A stretch of 64,000 nt of DNA from an uncultured virus (IMG/VR IMGVR_UViG_3300042450_001700). Taxonomy: Duplodnaviria; Heunggongvirae; Uroviricota; Caudoviricetes. The DNA is taken from IMG/VR virus record IMGVR_UViG_3300042450_001700; one strand, 5' to 3'. The position numbers and the translations under genes were made by a program. Each line of letters opens with the position of its first letter. The stretch's first letter is position 1. A model generated the notes under the pieces. That model was not told the DNA's origin and made no database searches. It saw only the letters and a list, made by a program, of their open reading frames with translations. Positions 1 to 9,800 of this stretch are shown one piece after another.

Positions 1-56
1 TGCAAAGCCCGCTCAGTAGCAGGCGGACGAACAACAGCTTCAGGTGAAATACCCAC
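1..56 (-). CDS. 5' end of a gene running off the window (virion operon)
   Basis: AGGAG SD followed by GTG at 56; the frame is open to the window edge (MGISPEAVVRPPATERAL...). Confidence 0.45.
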   Translation of the reverse strand, partial: MGISPEAVVRPPATERAL

Positions 57-130
57 AGGACCAACTCCTACTCAGGGAACAGACCCCAACACTAGCCTGA
101 ACACACCCAACGTAGGGTGAGAGTCAACAC

Positions 131-718
131 CTAAGCACCATGCGAGTTAGCCCAATGATGAGCGCCGAAAGTCCCCGGATGGCCCGTGTGATCCTCATTA
201 CGCCGATGTCGCTCATTCCAGTAATACGGCGAAAAAGACCGTGGCGGCAACAACAAAACATCAGCCTTATCCCTAAACAAGTCGTTCACCACTTTCGGAC
301 CCGAATGCAACGCACCCAAAGGTAGGCGTTCAATCGCCAAAGAGATAGCTTCACGAACAAGCGGATGACCAGCAACAGCACCCAACACAGCATCATTCAA
401 CGACCACGGTGATTCCCAAGTAGCAAACATGTCGTAAGGCAACAAACAGTCCAACGGCCTGAACACCTCAACATCAGAATCCAAATAGATTCCACCCCAA
501 TGCCACAACGCTTCCAACCGAACCAACCCCGCCATCTGAGCGCCAGACGCACAAGCCGCCCAGTGTGGCGAAGTCAGCGGGAACTTCACCGGGTCCAACG
601 GGTCACGCAACGTCACATAATCCCAATGAGGATGCAACCCGCACGCCCCACGCCAGAACCCTTCAACCTCATCAGAAGTCACTACAGGAACAGTGCGGAT
701 CAGCCGTGCAGGAATCAT
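131..718 (-). CDS. Glycosyltransferase, GT32/OCH1-like DXD sugar-binding family
   Basis: RLEALWHWGGIYLDSDVE motif, NDAVLGAVAGHP, GP and HHW..S motifs. Confidence 0.85.
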   Translation of the reverse strand: MIPARLIRTVPVVTSDEVEGFWRGACGLHPHWDYVTLRDPLDPVKFPLTSPHWAACASGAQMAGLVRLEALWHWGGIYLDSDVEVFRPLDCLLPYDMFATWESPWSLNDAVLGAVAGHPLVREAISLAIERLPLGALHSGPKVVNDLFRDKADVLLLPPRSFSPYYWNERHRRNEDHTGHPGTFGAHHWANSHGA

Positions 719-1317
719 CGTTCAGCAATCAACTTTCGCATCGCAACAGGTTTATCAACCGCCTGCCAATACCTATTCACAAGATCACGACTCGGTTGAG
801 CGCACACCCTTGCAGCATCACAATGCCACAAAGAAACAGCCAACCCCGGATGCCTCACCAAACCAGACAAGCAAGTCGCAACCGCAACCAACTGATCGTC
901 GTCGCCGCCCCAACCCACAAGCCGCTCGTCCTGACCGCCTATCGCATCCCAACCCGTTGGAGTCACAACATGAACCCCACCGTTAGCAAGCCCCGGCGGT
1001 GAATCCGTCCCCGCATAAACACACAAATCAAACGGGATATGCAACCTGTGATCGTCAGCTTCAGCAATCGCAGCAGCCAAACCAGTCGGAGGAGGAAGCG
1101 TGTCGGCATCCGAGATGACGACGACATCAGCGCCGATCCCTGCCGCTATCTCAACCGCAGCATTTCGGCACGCCGCAAGATTGAACACCTCGTGGCCCGT
1201 ATCAACCTCAACGATCTTCGCATCCGGCACATGAACCTCATACCACGCCCGTGTGACAGCGTAAGCGGCCATACGAGCGTCCTTAGCCCGCCAAGGGAAC
1301 ATCACCGCCACATTCAC
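715..1317 (-). CDS. Glycosyltransferase, GT-A fold (GT2/GT7-like)
   Basis: PWR, FNLAACRN, DAD and IGGQDERLVGWGGDD motifs. Confidence 0.8.
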   Translation of the reverse strand: MNVAVMFPWRAKDARMAAYAVTRAWYEVHVPDAKIVEVDTGHEVFNLAACRNAAVEIAAGIGADVVVISDADTLPPPTGLAAAIAEADDHRLHIPFDLCVYAGTDSPPGLANGGVHVVTPTGWDAIGGQDERLVGWGGDDDQLVAVATCLSGLVRHPGLAVSLWHCDAARVCAQPSRDLVNRYWQAVDKPVAMRKLIAER

Positions 1318-2258
1318 TCTACAAGCCCTTCAATAGCCTTCACGAAGCGCACAGCGCCATCATACGGGTCTAACTCTGAAACCCTTGCCAACGACTTAGC
1401 AGACGCAGCAGCCCACTCAACAGGGTCCAGAAGCCTTCTCAGTTCAGACATCCACCCCTTGAAATTGTTTGCATCGACAAACACCCCCGCCGCACCCAAC
1501 GATTCTTTCAACCCCGGAGTCGGAGAAGCCAACACAGGTATCCCCGAACACATCGCCTCAACACCAACCATCCCCCAAGTCTCAGCCTTAGAAGGCATCA
1601 ACAAAACACGGGTACGCGAATACACATCAGCGCGCATATCTTGAGTCACGCCAATAGTCTCAACATTCTGACCAACCAAAGATCGTTGCTTCCCATACCC
1701 CCCTTGGACACCCAAGAAGTCCACATCCGGCATAAACCGAATCAACTTCTGAAACATCCCCGCACCTTTAGGATCAGAAATATTCACAAGCGTTACAAGA
1801 TCACCCGGTGTAGTAGCAAAGTCCTGACGATCAAAAATCGGGTGAGCCACAATATGCGGGCAACGATGCCTAGCTATCTCAGCCGACGAGTCAGAATTGA
1901 ACACAAGCAAGTCAGGCGGGTACGCAGCTAACTGCCTCAAACCATCCTGACCGATCAAACCATGAACCATCCGAACCGATGGCTTGTTGTTGAACAACGC
2001 CAGCCGGTGTGCCTGCCCCGGATCACCAAGATGCGAAATAACAACATCAGCGCCGACCACAGTTTCTTCCATGCGCGCCAAACCCGGCACCACACGAACA
2101 CCATCCAAAACGTACTCATCGCCAACACCCATCACAGGGTTAGCAACAACATCATGTCCTGCCGCCCGCAGCACTTTTAGAAACTCATGTGTTGAAAGCC
2201 AAGACCCGACACGCGACCCCGGCGGGTACATCGGGACCACAGCACCAATTCGCATCAT
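1314..2258 (-). CDS. Glycosyltransferase, GT-B fold (GT4-like)
   Basis: KG motif and PSKAETWGMVGVEAMCSGIPVLAS (EX7E) motif. Confidence 0.88.
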   Translation of the reverse strand: MMRIGAVVPMYPPGSRVGSWLSTHEFLKVLRAAGHDVVANPVMGVGDEYVLDGVRVVPGLARMEETVVGADVVISHLGDPGQAHRLALFNNKPSVRMVHGLIGQDGLRQLAAYPPDLLVFNSDSSAEIARHRCPHIVAHPIFDRQDFATTPGDLVTLVNISDPKGAGMFQKLIRFMPDVDFLGVQGGYGKQRSLVGQNVETIGVTQDMRADVYSRTRVLLMPSKAETWGMVGVEAMCSGIPVLASPTPGLKESLGAAGVFVDANNFKGWMSELRRLLDPVEWAAASAKSLARVSELDPYDGAVRFVKAIEGLVE

Positions 2259-2292
2259 CGGATACTAACAAACAACCAACACCCCAAACGCG

Positions 2293-2320
2293 GAAAAGGG
2301 GGCCGGTTTCCCGACCCCCC
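2293..2320 (-). terminator. Intrinsic terminator after the major capsid gene
   Basis: GGGGGTCGG-GAAA-CCGGCCCCC hairpin followed by TTTT on the minus strand. Confidence 0.7.
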
Positions 2321-2343
2321 AAACCGCTAACCGTTCATTCCCT

Positions 2344-4338
2344 TCAATCGCCACACACAAGCGGTGTGACAGGCTCAGGGCCAGTTCCGTCAGGGCAAAG
2401 AGTGATCTCAAGTCGCAGCGACTCAAGACCAACTTGGCAAACCTGAACCCACTGCTCAGAGAAGATTTGCAGATCGTTGGTGCCGTTGAGGATTGAATCC
2501 CGCACGATACCGACATCAAGTGTTCCACCATCAAGACGGACATAGGTGCCGGGAGCGAACATGTAACCAACCACAGAAGTTGGGAACGGGTTGATCGCAC
2601 CTGCACCCTGAGCGCCATTGAAAGCCTGCCCAGCGCCGGTTGCCGAATCGTAGTACCACGCAATGTCAAGGTTCTCAGAAGCCAACCATGCGGTGACCTC
2701 AGCCTCTCCAGCGTTCAAGAAGTTCAAGCCGAGAGCATGATCGTTCACCATGTCAACCTTGATGAACTCAACAACCCATGAAGGAAGCATCAGGGTAAGA
2801 ACCGAGTTGATTCCCATGTGCTGACGACGACGGTAGTTCGCAGCAGCCGCAAGAATCGTCTGCGTCACACCACGAGTCGCGCCATAAGCGGGAGCAGCAG
2901 TGACAGCAGTAGACGTTGCGTCGATTGCGTCAAGGTAGAAGATTTCCTTGGTTGAAGTGAAAGCCACTGCAAGGTCTTCAAGGAAAGCAGCAACCTGCTC
3001 AGGGAACACCCGATAGTTCAGGTTGCCGAACTCCACACACTGAGACACTGCGTCAACGCGGCATTCCTCAATGGGTGGGCAGTCAACATGCACGCATGGC
3101 TTGGGAGCGGTAAGGCCGGAAGCGTCGCCGTAACCGGCAGCGTCCTCAGCTTCAGTCGTGACACGAACACCCGCAAGGGCATCGGTCCAGTCTGGAGGAG
3201 TGATGAAGCGGATGCCGCCACGAGGAGCCTCAACAGTTGGGAGAGCCTGCTCAACAGGGTTGATCTGCTCGGCCAGACGGAAGAAGTCATATGAAGGAGG
3301 CAACGGTGCGCAGTTACCACCAGAAGCAACAAGCGAAGTACGCTGTTGCGACTCAAGCGCCCAGTTGGTGCGGACGGTATCGAACACTGAGAAGTTTTCC
3401 TCAGCGCCACCGGCCACCTTGTTAGGCAGATCAGACTGTGCGGTCGCAAGAACGATCCGCTCATACGAACCAGAAGAAGCGTTGTTCATACCATGACGCT
3501 TCTTAGTGATCGCAGTAGCAAGCTCCATGCGGTCAAGAGAGGTGCCTTCACTGATACCGGGAACAGCGTTCGACGCGTGCAATGCAGCACCCGTAGAAAC
3601 CGTTTCACCGATAGGTGCAACACCGTCGGGGACAAGCCGGGTCAGTGCAGAACTGGCCTCGGCACCTGTAAGGGAACTGCTGTCTTCCATGCCGCTGACC
3701 TCCGTGGACAACTCGATTGTGGAATCTTCAACCACCTCAGACACGATGTCTGCGGCGGGTACTTCAACCTCAGCCTCAACCGCTAGTTCAGCAGTCTCAA
3801 CCTCGGGTACTACTTCTTCAACAACAACAACCTCTGCTACCTCAACCTCAACGGCTTCAGCAACTTCGACTGTCTCAACAACTTCGATTACTTCAACTAC
3901 TGCTTCTTCTTCAGAAAGTTCAGCAATAGCCTCAGCAACAACCTCAACCTCAACCTCAACTACAGGTTCAGGAGTTGGTTCGACCGGAGCTTCATCAGCA
4001 GCGAACTCTACAGACTCGTCAACAGACATCGGAGCGACTTCAATAGCATCTGCCATATCTCCCTCTTCTGCGACTAACTCTGGTGTTGCTTCTGCTAAAC
4101 GGCTAAGAGCCGCATCAACTCTGTCTGCACGATCTTTCCGTTGAGCGCTCCTTGCTGCAATCTCATTTGCAACACGGTCGTAGTCCGCTACAAGTTTTTC
4201 AACCTGTGCGAGTGCCTCATCTGATGCCGCTGCGTCAGCGCCAATCATTTCAGCTTCAGTGCGAATGGAATCGCTAAGAGCAGTTAGGTCGGCATCGACC
4301 ATTGCTGTTAGGTCTTCTGGTACCACGATTTCTGCCAA
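2344..4338 (-). CDS. Major capsid protein with long acidic N-terminal scaffold-like region
   Basis: 664 aa with TTG start after GGAGG. Acidic E/V-rich N-terminus, then LVASGGNCAP..., APRGGIRF and GGTLDVGIVRDSILNGTNDLQIFSE as in actinophage capsids. Lies downstream of portal and protease. Confidence 0.85.
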   Translation of the reverse strand: MAEIVVPEDLTAMVDADLTALSDSIRTEAEMIGADAAASDEALAQVEKLVADYDRVANEIAARSAQRKDRADRVDAALSRLAEATPELVAEEGDMADAIEVAPMSVDESVEFAADEAPVEPTPEPVVEVEVEVVAEAIAELSEEEAVVEVIEVVETVEVAEAVEVEVAEVVVVEEVVPEVETAELAVEAEVEVPAADIVSEVVEDSTIELSTEVSGMEDSSSLTGAEASSALTRLVPDGVAPIGETVSTGAALHASNAVPGISEGTSLDRMELATAITKKRHGMNNASSGSYERIVLATAQSDLPNKVAGGAEENFSVFDTVRTNWALESQQRTSLVASGGNCAPLPPSYDFFRLAEQINPVEQALPTVEAPRGGIRFITPPDWTDALAGVRVTTEAEDAAGYGDASGLTAPKPCVHVDCPPIEECRVDAVSQCVEFGNLNYRVFPEQVAAFLEDLAVAFTSTKEIFYLDAIDATSTAVTAAPAYGATRGVTQTILAAAANYRRRQHMGINSVLTLMLPSWVVEFIKVDMVNDHALGLNFLNAGEAEVTAWLASENLDIAWYYDSATGAGQAFNGAQGAGAINPFPTSVVGYMFAPGTYVRLDGGTLDVGIVRDSILNGTNDLQIFSEQWVQVCQVGLESLRLEITLCPDGTGPEPVTPLVCGD

Positions 4339-4764
4339 TTTAGAACTCCTCCAGCTTGAGCGTTAGGTGTTGTACCGCAGCTACGGACTAACCGTTACCG
4401 CTCAACCCCAGTGCTTCAGGGCTGTTAGCTGGATACTTTAGAACAAGATATAACAGTTTAGGTGCATAGCTAATCAACAGAGCGTTGAGCGCCCGGTGGC
4501 CGGGGCGGAGCGGGAGTCGATCTGCCCTCTCTGAACTGCATCGTTCCAAGAGGGTTTGATTCTGTTGGTGATGGTTCAGATTCACTCGCTGACGGCATTT
4601 CATCTTCAAGTTGTTGCAGCAAAACGCTAGAAGCTTGGCCGGTAAACAAGCTATAGATCGCAACAGCACCGGCAATCCAATTTGACTTGTTGGTCCGTTC
4701 TTCGCCGCGAGCTAGTCCTGCTTTACGCCATTCTGCACGGATGCGAGCAAGGCTTGGTTTGCTA

Positions 4765-5085
4765 TCAAATTTCTTCTGGCGGGTTTGTTTGTGTCGTGAA
4801 GTTTCTAATGTCAACACTAGTTTCAATCTGTTTCCTTTTGCGTTTATAACGGTTCATCGCCCGTCGCATCTCTTTGCGTTGCCGACCAGAAGTGCCACCG
4901 TAAACACCGTCGTCCTCGTCGATGTTTGCTGTCAAACATTCTTGTTGGACTTCACAGCCTAAGCAGAATTGTTTGGCTTTGGCTACCTCGTTGACTTGCC
5001 CTTGCTTAGGGAAGAACATGCTGGGCGGTTTGCCTCGGCAGCGTGCTTTGAGTTTCCAGTCATCGGGGCCGTCTTTGATCCGGTG
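4765..5085 (-). CDS. whiB: WhiB-family Fe-S transcription factor (start uncertain)
   Basis: In-frame DWKLKARCRGKPPSMFFP...AKQFCLGCEVQQECL...DGVYGGTSGRQR gives four Cys plus the G(V/I)(W/Y)GG turn. The first Cys lies upstream of the tracked ATG at 5019. Confidence 0.85.
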   Translation of the reverse strand, partial: HRIKDGPDDWKLKARCRGKPPSMFFPKQGQVNEVAKAKQFCLGCEVQQECLTANIDEDDGVYGGTSGRQRKEMRRAMNRYKRKRKQIETSVDIRNFTTQTNPPEEI

Positions 5086-5139
5086 ATGTTATACGAATGA
5101 CACGGGTGTAGTTCGATTCTTGGTTTTGTGATTGAAAAG

Positions 5140-5200
5140 AAATCTCAAGATTGTTTGTTATTGACTTTGATTCTGTAGTTGATCGTGCTATAGTAAAGAG
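5140..5200 (+). promoter_or_regulatory. Class I promoter with 17-bp operator
   Basis: AT-rich AAAGAAAT block, TTGATT-N16-TATAGT, GTAGTTGATCGTGCTAT at 5175-5191, ATG 6 nt after the -10. Confidence 0.7.
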
Positions 5201-5368
5201 ATGAGCAAGCCTTGCAACATCGACCAGCCGCACTGCCGAAGCTGCGGTTCCACCAACGAAGAAGACATTGGCTGGAGCGCACGAGAGCAAAACGAAGGTT
5301 ACAGCGATTGCTGCAACAAAATCATCGAAATTGACAACACCCGCTGCCGCAACCATCACAACGAATAG
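5201..5368 (+). CDS. Small Cys-rich protein (55 aa, leaderless)
   Basis: MSKPCNIDQPHCRSCGSTNEED...DCCNKIIEIDNTRCRNHHNE, read manually (below the track cutoff). Confidence 0.65.
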   Translation: MSKPCNIDQPHCRSCGSTNEEDIGWSAREQNEGYSDCCNKIIEIDNTRCRNHHNE

Positions 5369-5377
5369 GAGCAAACA

Positions 5378-5476
5378 ATGCCAAACGAACCAACAACTCA
5401 AGAGGAGTGGGATCAGGAAGACGAGGAATGGGACCGCAGTTGGGAAGAAGACGAGGAAACCGATGAGCGTGGCTAA
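5378..5476 (+). CDS. Very acidic Trp-containing peptide (32 aa)
   Basis: AGGAG SD; MPNEPTTQEEWDQEDEEWDRSWEEDEETDERG. Confidence 0.6.
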   Translation: MPNEPTTQEEWDQEDEEWDRSWEEDEETDERG

Positions 5477-5501
5477 CACGCTCAGTACCAAGGAGACAAC
5501 A

Positions 5502-5771
5502 ATGACCACCACCACAATCAAGTTCACCAAGACCACCGAGGGTTACGCGACACCTGACGGGCGATTCACAATCACCCCTTGGATGAACCGCACCAACAGC
5601 ACCTCCCGTGGCTCAGGTCGCCGCAACTGGCAGATCACCGATACCAGCGGTGCCGAACCGTTCGTGTTTGGCTCACGCCGATCACGCCAACCAATCAACA
5701 CTCGCACCGTTGAAACAGTCGCAGAAGCCCGCAGCGTTATCGCTCGGGTTATCTGGATCGAAACCCAATAA
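5502..5771 (+). CDS. Hypothetical protein
   Basis: AAGGAG SD before ATG 5502; 3' part of tracked ORF 5268..5771. Confidence 0.65.
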   Translation: MTTTTIKFTKTTEGYATPDGRFTITPWMNRTNSTSRGSGRRNWQITDTSGAEPFVFGSRRSRQPINTRTVETVAEARSVIARVIWIETQ

Positions 5772-5861
5772 CCAAACAGCCTATGCGGTCAGCGCAGCAC
5801 ACGAGCCAAGCGGACCAACGTCGCCCGCACCCCGCCCAGCCTGCGACGGCGGCGAGCCAAC

Positions 5862-6206
5862 CTAGACCTCACGCCCCATCTTCCTCCGCACCAAATGCAA
5901 AGCCCCGCACCCGGCAATCAAATCCCCATCCCAAGACTGCCCCTCACACCGGGCAATCCAAGCATTCCGATTCACCCGGCGAACCACAAACTCAGACAAC
6001 CCGCAACCATCGCACTGATCGCCCGCAACAACCTGACCCTCATCCGGCTCAGACTCAGACACAAAAAACCATTCATCAGGCAACCTGTCATTCGGGCGAA
6101 ACGCCCAAACCAGATCGCCATGCTGTTTACAAAACGTGTTGTTATCAGCAGAACGAGTCTCATGCGACAACACCACACCACAACCACGATCAGCGCACCT
6201 AGACAA
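5862..6206 (-). CDS. Hypothetical Cys-containing protein
   Basis: CxxxxC and CxxC motifs; overlaps the upstream gene. Confidence 0.55.
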   Translation of the reverse strand: MSRCADRGCGVVLSHETRSADNNTFCKQHGDLVWAFRPNDRLPDEWFFVSESEPDEGQVVAGDQCDGCGLSEFVVRRVNRNAWIARCEGQSWDGDLIAGCGALHLVRRKMGREV

Positions 6207-6786
6207 CTTTAGCCACCAAACGCTTCACACGGCTAGAGAACAACACGCCCTGATCCGGCTCATGGTTCCACGGGTTAGGCAAACCCAACAGTCGTGCAAC
6301 ACGGCTATGCACCGACATCACATCGCCGCCACGAGTCCCCGGAACAGCCCAACGAGAAGGCGGCTCAGTGTTCATCCGAGCCAACCCATACATCAAAGCG
6401 AGAGCGGCACGCAGTTCGTCAATCTCAGTTCTACCACTATCAACAGAATGAACCTTGCAGATCAGCGAAGTCCAAATCGTTGTCGCAGACCCATGCTTGC
6501 CCTGAGCGAGCGTGTTCTTCTTCCGACCAGAATTGCAGATCACACCATCACGAACAGCAGAACGGAACCTCGCGCCAAGCGCGCTGTTCGCCCCCGTCGG
6601 ATTAGCAGGCAAACCCATCCGCCACACATCTTCAGAAGTGAACTCCAACGACTTCTCAGCTAACCGAAAGATGTAGTCATCAGCAAGAGACTTCCACTCC
6701 TCAAGCGCATTCCCGTCAGACCTGTCAATACCAACATCCGCCGCTTTACTAGCAGCATCCCAATCCAAACCAATCTGCTCATTCAT
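6199..6786 (-). CDS. Hypothetical protein (leaderless)
   Basis: TGTCTA-N10-TATCCT-N6-ATG at 6786 (MNEQIGLDW...). Confidence 0.65.
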   Translation of the reverse strand: MNEQIGLDWDAASKAADVGIDRSDGNALEEWKSLADDYIFRLAEKSLEFTSEDVWRMGLPANPTGANSALGARFRSAVRDGVICNSGRKKNTLAQGKHGSATTIWTSLICKVHSVDSGRTEIDELRAALALMYGLARMNTEPPSRWAVPGTRGGDVMSVHSRVARLLGLPNPWNHEPDQGVLFSSRVKRLVAKVV

Positions 6787-6844
6787 ACCAACAGGATACA
6801 CGGGCGGGTAGACACCCCAGATGACCACCCGCCCGGTCCAGCGG

Positions 6845-9800
6845 TCAGATACCTGTGTCGCAGGAGCAACCCAACTCAGCATCATTGACCGGGGAAAGCG
6901 CTGCGAACTTCGCAGCAGCAGCAGCAGCACGAACAGGTCGAAGCGCCTCACGGAACTCGGCAAGCTCAACCCGGATACCGTCCAACTCCCGACGCATATC
7001 CGACTTCTCAGTGTCCGCAGTATGGATCATTCCCGCAGCAACCAAGGCAGTCACTTCACCGGCCACAGAATCCCACACACCACGAGGTGCGGAAACCTCA
7101 GCGCCAGAAGCGACAAGACCCTCAACAATGAAGCCTGACACGTTCACTGAGAGCAGACCAACAACTTCAAGCCTGCCACCCAACTGCCGCCAGTCAGGAG
7201 AAACATCCGAGCCACGGAACTTACGAACCTGCTCCGCAGACAAACCGGGGCGCAACGCCCCAGCCGCTACGATGCCGAACTCGTTTTCATAGAGCGCAAC
7301 ATCGGCCACAGCGCAACCCGTATCGGCATAGAACGCTTGCGAGTCAGAAGCGACCAACCTCAAGTTAGGGTGAACCGTGTCCATGTAAACCGGGCCGGTA
7401 GCAACAAGTGTTCCCTCAGCAGTCAACACGTTCTTGTTACGGAAATGCTTGTAAGCACAACCGGACTTAGGAACAGGAACACAACGATCAGCGAACCCGA
7501 TGTGGCAAGAACCCCAAGCAGCGACAAGCCCGTAGCAGCGCCCGTCCGGGTGAACCGTGAACGGCTCAACGCCTGTCATGTCTCCCGGTAGGAACCATTC
7601 CATCGGCGGGTTAGCAGGAACCTCAACAGACGCAGCAGCAGAAGCAACAAGACTTGCTAAACCTTGCTCTGCGTTACCTTTACCTGAAGGCCACACACCA
7701 AGCGGTGAAGGCACACGCCACACATCGCCCAATGTTTCAGCGCCAGAAGCAACAAGAGTCACATCAACTTCAACTTCGTCGCCAATCAAGACTGTGACGA
7801 ACGCTTCTTGGAACGCAGGGAACGGGGTAAGCGTAGCGCCCATCAAACGACCCGCAACAAGCACCTCAAGTGCGTCTACCCCACCGAACATCATGTCGTC
7901 AGCAGATACAGAAGCCCCGTCATCGGTCATAAACTCGATTTTCACAGAGTCGATGTCAGCAGACACACCACGCATGGTGCCTTCTTCGAGAAGCCGGTGT
8001 GCTTCAACACCAGCAACGCCTGAGTCAAAGAAACCTCGGCCAACAATGTTCTGACCCTGACGCTCAATCTCGTGGATCGAACCGGCGATCACAGCACCAT
8101 CATGGCCTGAAGCGTTCGCAGTCTGAAGCATCAGAGGCAATGGAAGCTCACGCCATGTCAAAGCGTTCTCAGCAATCTTCCGGCCATCACCCGAGGCAAG
8201 ACCCTCAACGATCAGAACGCCTTCCCAATCGTAGAGTGAGACAGGTGTGTCAACCATTTGTGGTTCATCAGCAAGAGTCACCCCATCGGTTGCCATCAGC
8301 ATCATCGGGCCACCTTCGCCGCCCATACCGTCTTTCTCTTTATGCTCTTCTTCTTCTTCTGCGGCTTCAATCGTGATGCAAGTCCCAGCAGGCAAGGTCA
8401 CAACGATCTCATCTTCGCTTTCTTTGTCGTATCCGCCTTCTTTCATACCTTTACCGCACTCGCATTCACCTTCGCCGCATTCACATTCGATTTCAGTTTC
8501 GATCTGGATAACCTCAACTTCAACCTCAAGCAGAGGATTATCAAACTCTGCTGGCCTTTCAGCCGAAAGGTTTTCAATCGTCTTCTCAGCCCAACGGCGG
8601 GCAAGTTCTGCCATTAGCTCATCATCTGACAAACCTGACATATCGCCATCAGTGACAACGATCTCACCTTCTTCAAGTTCGACCGGCTCAAGTTCATCTG
8701 TTTCAAGCGGGTCCATTAGTTCATCCTCGTGCATGTCAAATACTTCAGTTGAACTACTAGTTGTTTCCATATCTGCATCCCATGCTTTCTGATTGGTATT
8801 AGCTAACTCGGTATTCGCTGCCATCAAAGCAACCTCGTAATCGTCCTGTGATAACAACTTTGGTGCTATCCGCTGGTCATCACGCAAGTGTCGGGCAAGG
8901 TGGTCATACACTCCCTGACGGTCTACAAGTGGGATAGTGCTGCCACCACGAGCGCCATTCAAGATACCTATGCCACTAGAACACGCAACCCGTGAAGCGC
9001 TAATAGAAGCGCCAGTGTCGGAAACGAAATGGTGGAAGAACTTGTAAGAACCTTTGACGCTTGTGTCTTTAGCGTCATCTCTCCAAGCGTAGAAATCAGC
9101 GAAGTACTCTTCGCTATTAGGGGAGATGATTCTTACTTCGGAAGCAGACGGACCCACGAACCGTTGATCGCCAACAGGGGTGCTATGCGAAGCAATCGCA
9201 CCAAACTCGGCAGACTCAGCAGTCTGTGCTTTCATCTCATTCGACTTAGCAAGAGCAACTAGGTAATCCTCTTGAGATAGAAGTTCGATTACATCACGGC
9301 CTGCGTCACGCAGGTGACGAGCAAGATGGTTGTAGACGCTTTTACGGTCAGCTTCAGGAATTGTGGTCCCAGCGCCGCCACCGTTTAGAACACTGATCCC
9401 ACCAGAACACGCGATCCGAGAAGCAGCACCCGGTGTTCCGTCAGCATCAACAAAGTGATGCCGGAACTTGTAAGACGACTTGACTTCAGTGTTTCCGTTC
9501 CTATCACGCCACGCAAAAATCTTGGCGAAGTACTCCTCTTTATTAGGGGAGATGATCCTTGTTGCTTGAGCAGCAGGACTTGAAAAACTGTCCTCGCTCA
9601 GTGCCGACGAATGCGAAGCAATAGCCCCAAGCGAAACCGCATCCTCAATTTCCGTTGAAACCGGATCGACTCCCAGTTCTGACATCGCCCCGGCGAGCAT
9701 CGCAGATAGCATCGCTTCACGGTTCACAAACCCCGCAGGAGCAGCACTGTTAGTCGCTACTTCTGGCATCTCTGGTGGGAGCGCCTCGTCGGTCAGATCA

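Noticed and set aside
4388..4826. ORFs 4470..4826(-) and 4388..4675(-)
   Set aside because: No convincing start signal or motif; a real gene may lie here but I cannot define it
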